64,000 nucleotides of DNA from Utricularia gibba (taxonomy: Eukaryota > Plantae > Magnoliophyta), in contig CM007990.1 in assembly GCA_002189035.1 (NCBI GenBank), positions 5,766,001 to 5,830,000 on the forward strand. The letters run 5' to 3'. Under the pieces are notes generated by a model. The model was not told the DNA's origin and searched no databases. It saw only the letters and a program-made list of their open reading frames with translations. This document shows, one piece after another, positions 50,678 to 62,818 of the stretch (position 1 is its first letter; each line of letters starts with the position of its first letter). The position numbers were made by a program, and so were the translations under genes.

Positions 50678-51452
50678 TGATGCAAGATCATGAGGAAGAG
50701 TACTCTCTATTCCGACCACTTGTACCCAGAACCTTCTGCTGCTTATTCCCTGCAACTCTTAGACAAGCCGGAGCTTGTCTTCATGAACCATGAACTTAGT
50801 CCGTCTTCCCAGTCCAGTAGAACTCTTTTATTCAACATTTTTTTAATGTATTTTAGATTGTGTTTTCGAATTTTTTTAAAAAAATACCAGTGATTTATAT
50901 TTTAAATTCTAAAATATTTCTATTCTATTTTGTTATCATAAAGTATTGTTTGAGAAACTAATATGAAGCATAACTTCAATATTCCTCTACTGCCGTTATG
51001 TGTAATAAAATGATAAAAAAGGGAACAAATTAATTCCCATTACGCCTTAAAATTATGGAATGAATTTTATAGGATTATCATTAGAAATATTCTCGAAATA
51101 AATGAAGAATAGATGCATAATATATTAAAGAAGCCAAAGAAGTAAATTCCACAATACAAAAATAAAATATGCAAACTATATTATTAGATGGATCATATAA
51201 ATGTGTATACAAAATTACTTTTAAATTAAAATTTCTTACTAAATAATCATATTAAATAACACAAACTCTTACATTGCACGGGAGTGGATTTTTGACACTC
51301 TCCTTTCATTGTGTGATAAAAAATAGATATCTTACTTGTAAAAATTTGATGAGATATTTTACATTGCACGAGAGAAATTGAGGATGTCAAATTTTCTAAA
51401 TGTCCGGGTTTTGTACATTATATTATATGATGAGATGAGGGTAAGAGACAGT

Positions 51453-51456
<4 letters not shown>

Positions 51457-51484
<28 letters not shown>
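51457..51484. repeat. (CA)14 microsatellite
   Basis: Directly visible. Confidence 0.97.
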
Positions 51485-51591
51485 TGCTTGTGTTGACTCA
51501 AACCACATTGATTGATTCACGTTGGATTTAAGAGCGTAGGGTAGACGACGCAAGAGTAGCCACGCGCTTTGATTTGAATGAATAATGGTGC

Positions 51592-51684
51592 GCATTTAAT
51601 GCATTCAAAATATTCAAATTTTATTTATTAAATATATTAAAATATTATATTCCCCAATTTTTGCCAGCGCTGCGCATTCAATGC
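51592..51684. promoter_or_regulatory. Pair of HD-ZIP IV consensus-like sites: GCATTTAATGC (51592-51602) and GCATTCAATGC (51674-51684)
   Basis: The first is the exact reverse complement of GCATTAAATGC, the in vitro ATML1/PDF2-type consensus. The second differs only at the central base. Confidence 0.55.
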
Positions 51685-53279
51685 CTTCTAAATCATGCAC
51701 ACCCATAATAATAAGGCGCGCACACCTGTGCGCGGCCCCCCCCCCCCTCATTTTCTTTTTCGGCCCAATATAATTTAATCCATAAATTAATTAATAATTC
51801 AGATTTGTCACGTAATTGGATGTAGTTGAGTCAAATTGAGTACTCCACTCGTATGCCCTACGACTACGACCCTACTACACCAATTAGGTAAATCCTTAAA
51901 AAAAACACTCATAATTTTTTAAAAATGACATTTAATTTCCACTATTAATATAAAATATAATCCCTAAATTTTGACGAATCAATCATATTTAATCATTAAT
52001 CATATATAATCCCTAAATAATACACATTTAGTCCACAATGTTTTTTTATCAAACATTTAATCCCCATCGATGGCGACAGTTGATAATGGTAAGAAATTAT
52101 TTGTAAAACAAATGAAAACAATAGAGACTATTATTGTTTGATTTTCAAATAATAAAAAACTAATTATATATTATTTTAAAATAATAAAGATAAAATAATT
52201 AATTATATCATTAGGGTAACAATAGTAACTTTTGGTGTAATTAGATAAGTGCTTCCCCTTATAGATGGATTAGGAAATTTTATTTATCAGTAATATGATT
52301 AATTGTTTTTCATACTTTTTATTTGAAAAAGAACCATAAAAAATTGGATATAGTTTTGCAAAGATGTAATGTGTTTTAAAAGACTAAATTAAATTGATCA
52401 TATCAAATTTATAATTAAAAATATTTAAAGTGGAATTCTGATATTAATCACTAGTTTTTAACATTCACCCCTACCTTATCCTAACCACGTGACATCAATT
52501 AATTAAGTAAATGATTTTTTATTAATGTTGATTAAATACTTGATTTAGTTTAGTAATAATTCAGGGGAATCAGCTAAGAATAGCTTGTCTCTATTTTAGT
52601 TACTCATTGTACATCATATATCGCTAGTAATAATTTTTGGGCACGTTGGATATGTCGCATTATATATAATAAGGTATTAATTGTTACGTATGTAAATGAT
52701 AATATTGTATTTTAAAAATAGAAGTAATATTTTGGAGTCAACTGCGGAATTTTGGGTGTGTGGGTTTAGAAGAATCCACGTCGGCATAGTAAAATGGGGT
52801 ATTATCGTTAATTATGTTTTGGTCCTTGAGGTTTGTTATATTGTTTCGTAGACCCTTGTCTCCTTCTATTCCTTCTCTCTCCTCTGTGGAAGCGAACAAA
52901 TTACGAAGATAACAGACCCTTTTGAATCTTTTCTCTAAAGCTTTTGTTTTTTTCAGCTTTTTTGTTCAAGTCAAGCATGCAGATAAGGAACAAAAACCCT
53001 CAAACTTGAGTCGATTTCACAGCTTTTTATCTTCCAGAAGAAAAGTGGGATTTTTTTTTCAGGAGGGAAGGTGCTGCGGCGTAAAAACTACGATTTTGGA
53101 TTCTGGGTTTTGTTTTTTTGGTTGTGGAAGGAGGGAGAGGAAGCTGGAGACATTGGGATTTGCAGGCCTTGTGTCTCCTCTACCTCTCTTGTTCTGTCCT
53201 TTTGAAATCTGATTCAGAAGTCCCTTTCTGTTTTGTGCGGTTCAAGGAGGAGGTGGGGGTGGAAGAATCCAAAGATTTC

Positions 53280-56200
53280 ATGAATTTTGGGGATTTTCTT
53301 GATAGCAACAACAATATTCTTGGTGCGAGTGTTGGATTCGGTACGGATTTACCCTACGCCAACGGAAACAGTCATAAAATCGCCATTGTTGCACCTCCAA
53401 GCAGCAACGGTATCATCAACGCCATGCCCAGTGGCGTAATTGCGCACTCTCCTCATCTTGTTTCCCAGAATCTTTCTAACAAGATCTTCAACTCTCCCGG
53501 ACTTTCTCTCGCTCTTGTAAACGCCCAACCCCCCCTCTCAGAAACCCGCGTATGTTCTTTGTTCTGTATGATTAATGTTTTTTTTTTTTGTCTTGTTTTC
53601 CGGCAGCAATCTGGTATGGATGGACAAGGAGAAGTTGCGAGAACTGGAGAAAACTACGACGGCAGCAATGTCGGTGGGGGTAAGAGAAGCAGGGATGATG
53701 ACCATGAGAGCAGATCTACGAGTGATAACTTTGACGGCGCCTCAGGTGATGATCACGACGGCACCGACAAGCCCTCGAGGAAGAAGAGATACCAACGCCA
53801 TACACCTCAGCAAATCCAAGAACTTGAAGCGTAAGAAAATTGGACGCGTGCCCATTTTCTAATGTTTCTTTTTCTACTTGGCCTGAAATTCGTTTTTTCT
53901 GTTTACTTTTAGTCTCTTCAAAGAATGTCCTCATCCTGATGAAAAACAAAGACTTGAACTGAGCAAGCGTCTTTCTCTTGAAACAAGACAAGTCAAGTTT
54001 TGGTTTCAGAACCGAAGAACTCAAATGAAGGTAAATCAGATCAGGCATGTTTCTGCTTTTATTTCCCCTATTCTAAGTTGTACTTGATGATCCAGACACA
54101 ACTTGAGCGTCATGAGAACTCACTGTTGAGGCAAGAGAACGACAAGCTGCGGGCAGAAAACTTAGCAATGAGGGAAGCAATGCGAAATCCCATTTGCACA
54201 AACTGTGGTGGACCAGCAATAATGGGAGAAATCTCCCTTGAGGAGCAACAACTCCGAATCGAAAATGCCCGCCTGAAAGATGAATTAGATCGTGTTTGTG
54301 TGCTTGCTGGGAAGTTCCTTGGCCGCCCTGTTTTTTCTCACAATTCAAGCTTGAAGCTTGGAGTCGGAGGAAATGGATATGGAGACCTGAGTGCTCATCC
54401 ATCAATGCTTCCTCTTGGCTTACCTGATTTCGGTTCAGAGATGCCTATCATCCCTACTACTAAACAGACCATGAATGCAGCTGCCCCTATAGAACGATCC
54501 TTGGAGAGATCAATGTATTTGGAGCTTGCTTTATCTGCAATGGATGAGTTGGTTAAAATGGCTCAGAGTGGTGAACCCCTTTGGATCAGAAGCTTAGAAA
54601 CCGGAACTGAAACATTGAATCACGATGAGTATACTCGAAACTTCAACCCTTGTATTGGTATGAGACCGAATGGATTCATTACTGAAGCTTCAAGAGAGAG
54701 CGGTGTTGTCATTGTCAACAGTTCAGCTCTTGTTGAAACGCTCATGGACTCAGTGAGTTGTTTGAAAATGACTTCTTTTGGCGACCACTCTCTGATTCTT
54801 ACATGCTTGCTTGCTTTTTTTCAAAATGTTAGAACAAATGGGCGGAGATGTTTCCTTACACTGTTGCAAGAACCACAACTACAGATGTGATCTCAACTGG
54901 TATGGGCGGCACAAGGAACGGCTGTCTTCAGCTGGTAATGTATCAGTCGTTCTTCCATTGCACTTCTTTCGACATTGATTCCGACTAACGAGCTTGAAGT
55001 TGTTTCACAGATGCACGCTGAGCTTCAAGTTCTATCTCCTCTCGTCCCGGTGAGAGACATACACTTTCTCCGATTCTGCAAGCAGCTCGCCGAGGGTGTT
55101 TGGGCCGTCGTCGACATCTCCATCGACGCCATTCGTGAAACTCCCGGCTGCCGGCGTCTGCCTTCCGGCTGCCTTGTGCACGATATGCCTAATGGGTATT
55201 CCAAGGTAGCATCATATGCCTTGTGCTTCTTTGGTAGCATTTCATTCCATGTTCCAAGATTCCATCTTTCTCAAATTTCTTTGAGCACGTGCACCCCTTT
55301 TGTAACCTCTGTTTGAATGTCGGTTGCTTTGGACCGTACAATGGCGTCCTTCTCTTTTGAAAATGGATTGACTTTCTTCAAGTCACGTGTCTGAACTCAA
55401 TCTCACAGGTTACATGGGTGGAGCACACCGAGTACGACGAGACAGAGGTTCACGTGCTCTACCGCCCATGATCAAGTCAGGTCTCGGGTTCGGTGCACCG
55501 AGGTGGGTCGCCACTCTCCAACGACAATGCGAGTGTCTCGCCATTCTCATGTCCTCTGCTGCGCAGGACAAGGATCCTCACTCCGGCGGTATTTCATTTT
55601 CGGCCGCTTTTTAACTCTCTGACTCAGCTTCACCTGTATGTTGAGTGAGTGATTCGGATGACCTGCAGCGATCACTCCGGGAGGGAGGAGGAGCATGCTG
55701 AAGCTGGCGCAGCGGATGACGAATAACTTCTGCGCCGGAGTATGCGCTTCGACGGTGCATAACTGGGACAAGCTGAGGACGGAGAATGTGGACGATGACG
55801 TGCGGGTGATGACGAGGAAGAGCGTGGATGATCCGGGCGAGCCGCAGGGCATCGTGCTGAGCGCTGCAACGTCGGTTTGGCTGCCGGTGACGCCGCAACG
55901 GCTGTTCGACTTCCTGCGGAACGAGCATCTGAGAAGCGAGTGGGATATTCTGTCCAACGGAGGGCCGATGCAGGAGATGGCTCATATTGCCAAAGGCCAG
56001 GATCACGGCAACTGCGTCTCCCTCCTCCGTGCCAGCGTACGTCGTCGTTTTGGTGCATTTGCTGATTTAGGTTTTTATTACATTTTGGGGGTAGTATCGT
56101 AAATCACTCACACCTTTGGAGCAGGCGATGAATGCGAATCAGAGTAACATGCTGATACTCCAGGAGACTTGCGTAGACCCCGCGGGGTCGCTTGTGGTGT

Positions 56201-56481
56201 ACGCGCCGGTGGACATTCCGGCGATGCACGTGGTGATGAACGGTGGTGATTCGGCTTACGTGGCGCTTCTCCCGTCGGGATTCGCAATCGTTCCTGACGG
56301 CCGAGGAGCTGGAGACGGCGCGGGAGGGGGGTTTCAGGGGTCGCTGTTGACGGTGGCGTTTCAGATATTGGTGAACAGTCTGCCGACGGCGAAATTGACG
56401 GTGGAGTCGGTGGAGACAGTGAATAATCTTATCTCGTGCACTGTTCAGAAGATCAAGGCTGCCCTCCATTGCGAGGGCTGA
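53280..56481 (+). CDS. ANL2: HD-ZIP IV transcription factor, ANL2/HDG1 type (homeodomain, zipper, START, SAD); apparent 1-nt deletion at 55465-55467
   Basis: [55 protein letters not shown] domain, and C-terminal [28 protein letters not shown]. Confidence 0.95.
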
Positions 56482-56584
56482 CTGGTTTGATTCCCATTCT
56501 CAGTTTGTTTGTGTTCGCTTCTCCCCTGTTTCTTGAGAGTCTCGTGAATTTGTATATGGCTGGCTGGATGAACCGGGGGATGGA

Positions 56585-56687
56585 GAGTCAAGAACGAACC
56601 TCAGGTGCAACAATCCTTGCACTTTGATTGGAGCAGTTGCAGGCTGCTCTTAGCAGGGTGCAAGGGTGGTGGTTCGGGTATTGACTC
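56585..56687 (+). promoter_or_regulatory. HD-ZIP IV 3'UTR paired-motif stem-loop
   Basis: GAGTCAAGAACGAACC (56585-56600) is largely complementary to GGTTCGGGTATTGACTC (56671-56687). The pair lies 100-200 nt after the ANL2 stop codon. Confidence 0.8.
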
Positions 56688-56908
56688 CTAGCCCCGGGGA
56701 GCCAACTCCAGTGGTGGTGTTTTGTTGTCCATTTTCATTACATTCCCGATTATGATTCTGTAATGCAGTCTTGCTATTCCTTCTCTTCAAAGTATCATGA
56801 AAAAGATATGCCTTCATAATCCGATACCCTTAAGGTAAGCTTATGGCTTTTCGCCTACAGAATGCTGGCAGTAATGCAGGCCTTTTCCATCTCTGAAACT
56901 TGTATGCG

Positions 56909-57664
56909 CTAGAGACGAGGGCTGGGAATGTGGTAGAGAGTGGCACGAGCAACATATACCAGCTGGTTGGATTCCTTGAGCAGGAAATTGATGGCAAAAA
57001 AGCTCACATTTCTCCCACTCCTCAGCACAGAGGCATCAACAATCAATTCAGCCTGTGAGGGAATGAAGAAACAGTTGATTGGATGTGCTTTCTGGAGTCA
57101 GGATATGAAATGTGTGAGATCAAAGGCTCACGTTTTGTGGAGCAGCTAAAAGATAAGACATGCCAAGTTCTCCAAGGAAGAGATGCTTTTCTTTTCCCAC
57201 AATAGTTCTGGCGCAGGCGATAGCGACTCTCTCCGCCACAGACGCCACGGCGCCACCGTGCAGTCCTCCGTATCCATTCTACATGTTAGGAAGTACAATT
57301 GCCAGAGTAAGTAGATGTAACAACAGTAAGCAGGGCGGGTTTTGCTTGAGTTCAAGAACCGTAATTTACAGTCCCTGCATTGGCACAAAGATTCCCCATG
57401 ATCCAAGCAGGTCTTATAATCAAATCGAAAAACCCAATTCCCTGAATCATGGATTGCGATTATGAACAATAGTAATACCAGAAGGGGAGCTTTGACTTTA
57501 AGCAGGCACGAAATTTTCCCCCTTTCGACGGAATTGACTTGTAGGCATCCGCCGATTAGGTCTGAAAAAGAATCATGAACTCTGTACTCCGATTTAAGTG
57601 TTGGTTGAGAATCTCTGATCTGGAAGAAGTCAGTGACCAGTTCGTGAATGTCCTCTGAAGCCAT
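56909..57664 (-). CDS. Hot-dog fold acyl-CoA thioesterase (ACOT13/PaaI-like); 3 exons
   Basis: NGYGGLHGGAVASVAE active-site motif, ELGMSYL.AAP.N, and V.RSGRN. Confidence 0.88.
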
Positions 57665-58282
57665 CGCCGGTGGCCGTCTAAAAGAAAAAAAGACGCTAAA
57701 AATTGGAACTTTTGGCAGCAATCAAAGCTTATATTTTTCGTTGCATGTTTTTTTTTAAAAAAAAAATATTTTAGAAAGAAATCTGGAAACTCAAACCGGG
57801 AATGTGAAATGTAAGGAAACAGCGCTGAGTAGAGAGCTTTTTGTTCATCGTCATCATCAAATATGGAGTTTGGATAACGCTTTCGAATTGAATCGAAGAT
57901 ACCCGTTTCTCTTATACTTCAAGAAGCTTCATAATTTAAAGAAATCAGGCCCGAAGACCAGGTCTTCACTGATAAGTGGGCGCGAGGACAAAGGCCGAGA
58001 CTTTCAGGTGATTCTGTGTAAATCTTTGTGGGTTTCTTTTGCTTTCGGAAGAATCATAGCATTTCCCTTCTTTCTCTTTTTCTTCCGTTTTTTTGTGGCG
58101 TATTTCGGTGAATTTGAAGTATTCGCTTGTATATATTTGTCTATCCACCCGAAATGGTTTATTGCGAAGTGGAGGCCTGCGTTCATCAGTAGTTGATGCA
58201 CTTGTTGTGCAAGAACTCGTTCTTTGTTTCTGATATTCTTGTTTAGTAATGTTGGTTGATGTTTTCAGTTCCAAAACTGCTG

Positions 58283-59667
58283 ATGGCTCAATCCCAGGGG
58301 CTGCCAGAGCATGCCTCTTCACATAATTCGTTGCTTTCAGATGAAATACCCCGCCATGATGCCATTGAGGAAGCTGAAGAACCACTGGATGTTCTATGTG
58401 CTGCTTCATTTGAGGAGTTATCATCAGAGCTTGTGCGGTATGAGACGATTATCTGGCTTTTGATATCTTTGCCTCTGGTCTTTGCCTGGGGCATTGGGAT
58501 ATTGATGCTGCTATACTTGCCCTACAAAAGATATGTGCTTCATAAAGATATTGCATCGAGAAAACTATATGTCACCTCGGACGAAGTTGTCTACATGGTA
58601 ACCTAAGCTGAGAAATGGCTGAAATCCATGTACTTCTCATTTCATTTGGAATAAATTTCTTCAACCCTTTTCAGGTTCGTAGGCCTTCATATATACCCTT
58701 CTGGGGAGAAACAACTATTAAGAGGCGTGTACCTCTCCCCCATATAATTGATATGGTAATTGAACAAGGTAGAGTGCAGTACTTAAGTTATAAACATGTG
58801 CTTGTGCAGTTTGATTTCTTGCTGAATTTTCTGTGTTTTATAGGTTGCCTTCAGTCATTTTATGGGCTGCATACGTTTAAGGTTGAAAGCATTGCACATG
58901 GCAAAGCAGCCTCGGTGGATGAATTGCGTATCCAAGGAGTAAGCAACCCATCAGTGCTGAGGAAGGTATTTTGAGCCACCATACCTATTTGGGAAACATG
59001 AACAAGCCTTACGCCGTGAATATCCATTTACCCTCTTGCAAAATTAGTTTATCTTGTAATGGATTTTCTCATGTTCCACCAGATCATTTTGGAACATGCT
59101 TCGAAAGCTTTACGAGATTCTCACATGAAGTGGAGTCCCTCCATTGCAAGAGATGGCAGCATGTATGGCATTGAAGCTTTGACTTTGGGCCCTGCTGTTT
59201 TGATGTCACCGATCAAATCAAGCGAGTGGAAGGTATTCTTGAAGATTCAACACATCCTTCCTTACGCATTTTGTTTCTGCTTTCCTTTTTTCATTCCGTA
59301 AGTCTTGATCTTCGAAGCCTGCTATTGATTCCAATGATTTACTATGCAACAGTGGATCCAGCGTTTGAATATCTTAGTGTTTAGAGCTATTTATTTCACC
59401 CTGAGAACCATTTCATCGTGCAGAGAGTGGGATCAGCCCGCCGTCCTCAAACCCCAACGCCAGGTGCGGTAGCAGCATCAACTGACTTGGTGCTGAACAA
59501 GCTTGTGGAAGTGAATAACTCAGTGAAGGTACGTACGCATGCTGTACATTTACCTTTGGTTGAACTGCAGTAAAGTGTGAGTGATTCCCTGCAATATTAA
59601 CCAGAAAATAGAGCTCCTTATTGAGAGAAATCGGATTCCAGCCATGCAAAGTTTGGAGGACGCTTGA
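58283..59667 (+). CDS. Uncharacterised membrane protein with a bacterial PH (bPH_2/DUF304)-like domain, multi-exon
   Basis: Two hydrophobic helices (WLLISLPLVFAWGIGILMLLYLP), then RKLYVT, VPLPHIIDMVIEQ+GCLQSFYGLHTFKVES and ELRIQGV.NP. Confidence 0.72.
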
Positions 59668-60571
59668 ACTTCCTTCTACGTCCTGCTCTGAAGCGGAGTT
59701 TTTTTTTTTTTGTTATCCTGATCTGTGATTTTGTTTTGTACCATATTAAATAACTTGTACTCTAGATTTCCAAATATGATCTTTCGTTTTGCGCCATGTC
59801 AAACCATTCGGTATCTTTCCATGGGAGATATCAAATCCCAAAAACCCAAAAACCATTTCTTTTTTGCATTCCTTTCAGCCTTAGTCCTTCAAAGCTATGT
59901 ATCCCAAAAAAAAAGGAGTTCGAATCCCATAAAAATCCAGTCTTTATGGAAGAAAATACATAAAAATGGAATCTTTAAGAACTTATGAAGTCAAGAACGA
60001 GCTTGGTGTGCTGAACATAGCAGTTACTGCAACAAGAAGAATCCAGTCACCAGAACAAAAAAAAGGAATTATAACCGCTGTACTTCGCAAGAACGTAGTC
60101 AAATCTAGGCACCTAACTTTTGTTGTGTAGGTAGAATGAATGAGTTGTCCTATGCACAGTACTGCTATTGGTCGATAGCATGATCCCGAGAATACTTCCT
60201 CAGATCCAGAAATTATACCTTTCCTGCCCGCTACCCCACGCGGTGAAGTTGTGGGCTGCAAGTGTTTAAGATATCTCACCCCCAACCGCGTCCAATTTCA
60301 TTGACCAAAAGGGTGCTTGAGCTAGCAGCAAGAAAACAGTAGACAAGTTCTCCATCTCTTCTCAAACGATACGGAAGCAGATCTGACATTGGTATTGTGT
60401 CTCCCGTCATTCATAATCATTTCACCGATGTTTCCACAGTAGGGATCTGTTAGATTCTTATATATCTATCCGTGATGGGTTTCGGAAATCCCTCTCACTG
60501 GGTATGCTTGCTTTGCATTAGCTTTCGATGTGATCTCACATTTGGATCCACCTTCGTAGTTTAGAGTGGGG

Positions 60572-62245
60572 ATGGCAGCAATAAAGTCTGGTGTGATTGC
60601 TCTTTTTGATGTTGATGGGACACTTACTGCACCCAGGAAGGTATTTTTTTTCATCGTTTTGGTGTGATTGAATCATCCAGCGGTTCAGTTGGAAGATCTA
60701 GTGATGCCTTTATCTTCGAAAGTGCACTGTAAATTTGAATACAGTTTCATGATTTCAATGGATGTTTGTGAACGTAATGCTGTAGGTTGCTACTCCTGAG
60801 ATGCTAGAGTTCATGAAAAAGCTGCGTAAGGTGCTCTGCTGTTTTCCCGCTGTCATTACATGATTCATTCAATTCAGAATAACAGACAAATGCAATGCGT
60901 ATGTTTGATTTTCTCATCCAGGTTATTACAGTAGGAGTAGTTGGAGGTTCTGATCTTGTGAAGATATCAGAGCAGCTTGGGAAAACAGGTCATATCATTG
61001 AAATCCACATTTACAGAGCTGCAAACCATGGAAATTACTGGCTTTTAGAACTCAGAGACGCTTCTTCTGTGAATGTGCAGTTATTGAGGATTATGATTTT
61101 GTTTTTTCTGAGAATGGCCTTGTTGCGTACCAAGATGGGAAGCTAATCGGGACACAGGTTTTGCAATAACTGCTCATAAGCAAAAAAGAACATCCTCAAT
61201 AAATATTTGCAAATCCTATCCTATGAATGTACTGATTAAGCTTTGGGGTGCAGAGCTTGAAGTCATTTCTTGGGGAAGACAAGCTCAAGGTTTGGTTAGA
61301 TTGATTTGTTTCTTGTAAGATTCTTGGTAATGTGCTGATATTCATGTAATGACAGGAGTTCATCAACTTCACTCTCCATTACATTGCTGATCTTGATATT
61401 CCCATTAAAAGGTGAACACAGACCTACACCTGAACTAGTCCTGCTTCTTGGCTACCAGTGTCTTACACTCATTGTTTCAGGGGAACATTCATTGAGTTTC
61501 GAAGCGGTATGCTTAACGTCTCTCCAATTGGAAGAAACTGCAGTCAAGAGGAGCGAGATGAGTTCGAAAAGTATGACAAGGTATGTTTTTCAGGCAGAAT
61601 ACTATTGCAAACACAGCACAAAAAGAAAGATACTGGATACTTCATTGCTGGATGCATGATGCTCACATCTTAACCAGGTTCATGGCATTCGCCCCAAAAT
61701 GGTGTCTGTTCTCCGTGAGAAGTTTGCAGACTTCAATCTAACATTTTCGATCGGCGGACAAATTAGTTTCGATGTAGATACGCAACCATTCACTGCTATA
61801 TGATCATGCTTTTGAAGGTGCAGGAGTTTCAAAATATGGTTTTCTTGCAGGTTTTTCCGAATGGTTGGGACAAGACCTACTGCTTGCAATACTTGGACGC
61901 TTTTCAGAAGATTTACTTCTTTGGAGACAAGACATACAAGGTTGCAAGACAACAACACCTCCCTGCCTTCTCCACCCTTTCTTTCTGCTTTACTTCCTCT
62001 GTCTTTCTTGCTAACTCCTACTGCATTTTTCTTGTGCTTTCGCTTCATGCAGGGTGGCAATGACTACGAAATCTACGAGTCGGAAAGAACACATGGTTAC
62101 ACAGGTTAGTTCATCAAATTCTCTGGATGCAGACACACAACTGCTCTTGCTGCCTTCTTGACATTGTGAGATTGTTCAATGTTTCTTTGCAGTGTGTAGC
62201 CCTGAGGACACTGTTGAGCAATGCACCACTCTGTTCTTGAGCTAA
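60572..62245 (+). CDS. PMM: Phosphomannomutase (eukaryotic HAD type); about 11 short exons
   Basis: LFDVDGTLT catalytic motif, [48 protein letters not shown] and GGNDYEI. Confidence 0.97.
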
Positions 62246-62425
62246 CGATCACCGGAACTCCGTCTCGACGGCGTTGTGTTATGCATTTTTTTCTCTTGAC
62301 ACCATGAATGAATCCAGTGACTGTGTCCTTCCATCATACAGATACTATCTCATAGCATGAACCAGTGAACCAAAACTTCATTTCAGTATTGTTTGTCTCT
62401 TTGAGGAACCAGAACTTGGAAGTGA

Positions 62426-62480
62426 GGCCCAATTAGCATTGGATTCGGCCCAAAATATTGTTGTAGAACAAACCGGCCCA
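62426..62480. promoter_or_regulatory. Three site II elements (GGCCCA) upstream of the DEAD-box helicase
   Basis: GGCCCA at 62426, 62447 and 62475, about 340-390 nt before the ATG. Such clusters are typical of plant translation and RNA-metabolism gene promoters. Confidence 0.5.
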
Positions 62481-62818
62481 TAATCACCGAGAAAAAGCCC
62501 GTTTTCGGGGCTGGAGGCTAAACACAATTACACAGAATTCGTGCTTTTATTTGAAAAAAATGACGAGAAATTGGGAAAGAGATCTTTCAGAAGAAGAAGA
62601 AGTGGATTCTACGTCTAAAAACCTCCAACGGTCTTCCAATTCATTTCTGTTTTCCAAGGTGTGTTGTTAAGCGTGTCTAGCCGTAAGGATCATCTCTGTG
62701 CTCCTGATTCAGATTCTTGGGCGATTCTTGAAGGCGTATTGGAAGGATTTGTGTTGTAATTATCATACTGGTGGGTGCTGAGATTTGAGTAAGAGGCAGA
62801 GCCGGAGGAGGGGTATCG

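Noticed and set aside
50900-53280. Strict L1 box TAAATG(C/T)A upstream of ANL2
   Set aside because: I saw only one-mismatch variants by eye. The overlapping GCATTAAATGC consensus is reported instead.
59983-60450. Minus-strand ORF fragments upstream of PMM
   Set aside because: No coherent reading frame or recognisable domain emerges, even allowing one frameshift. This is most likely PMM promoter and leader sequence.
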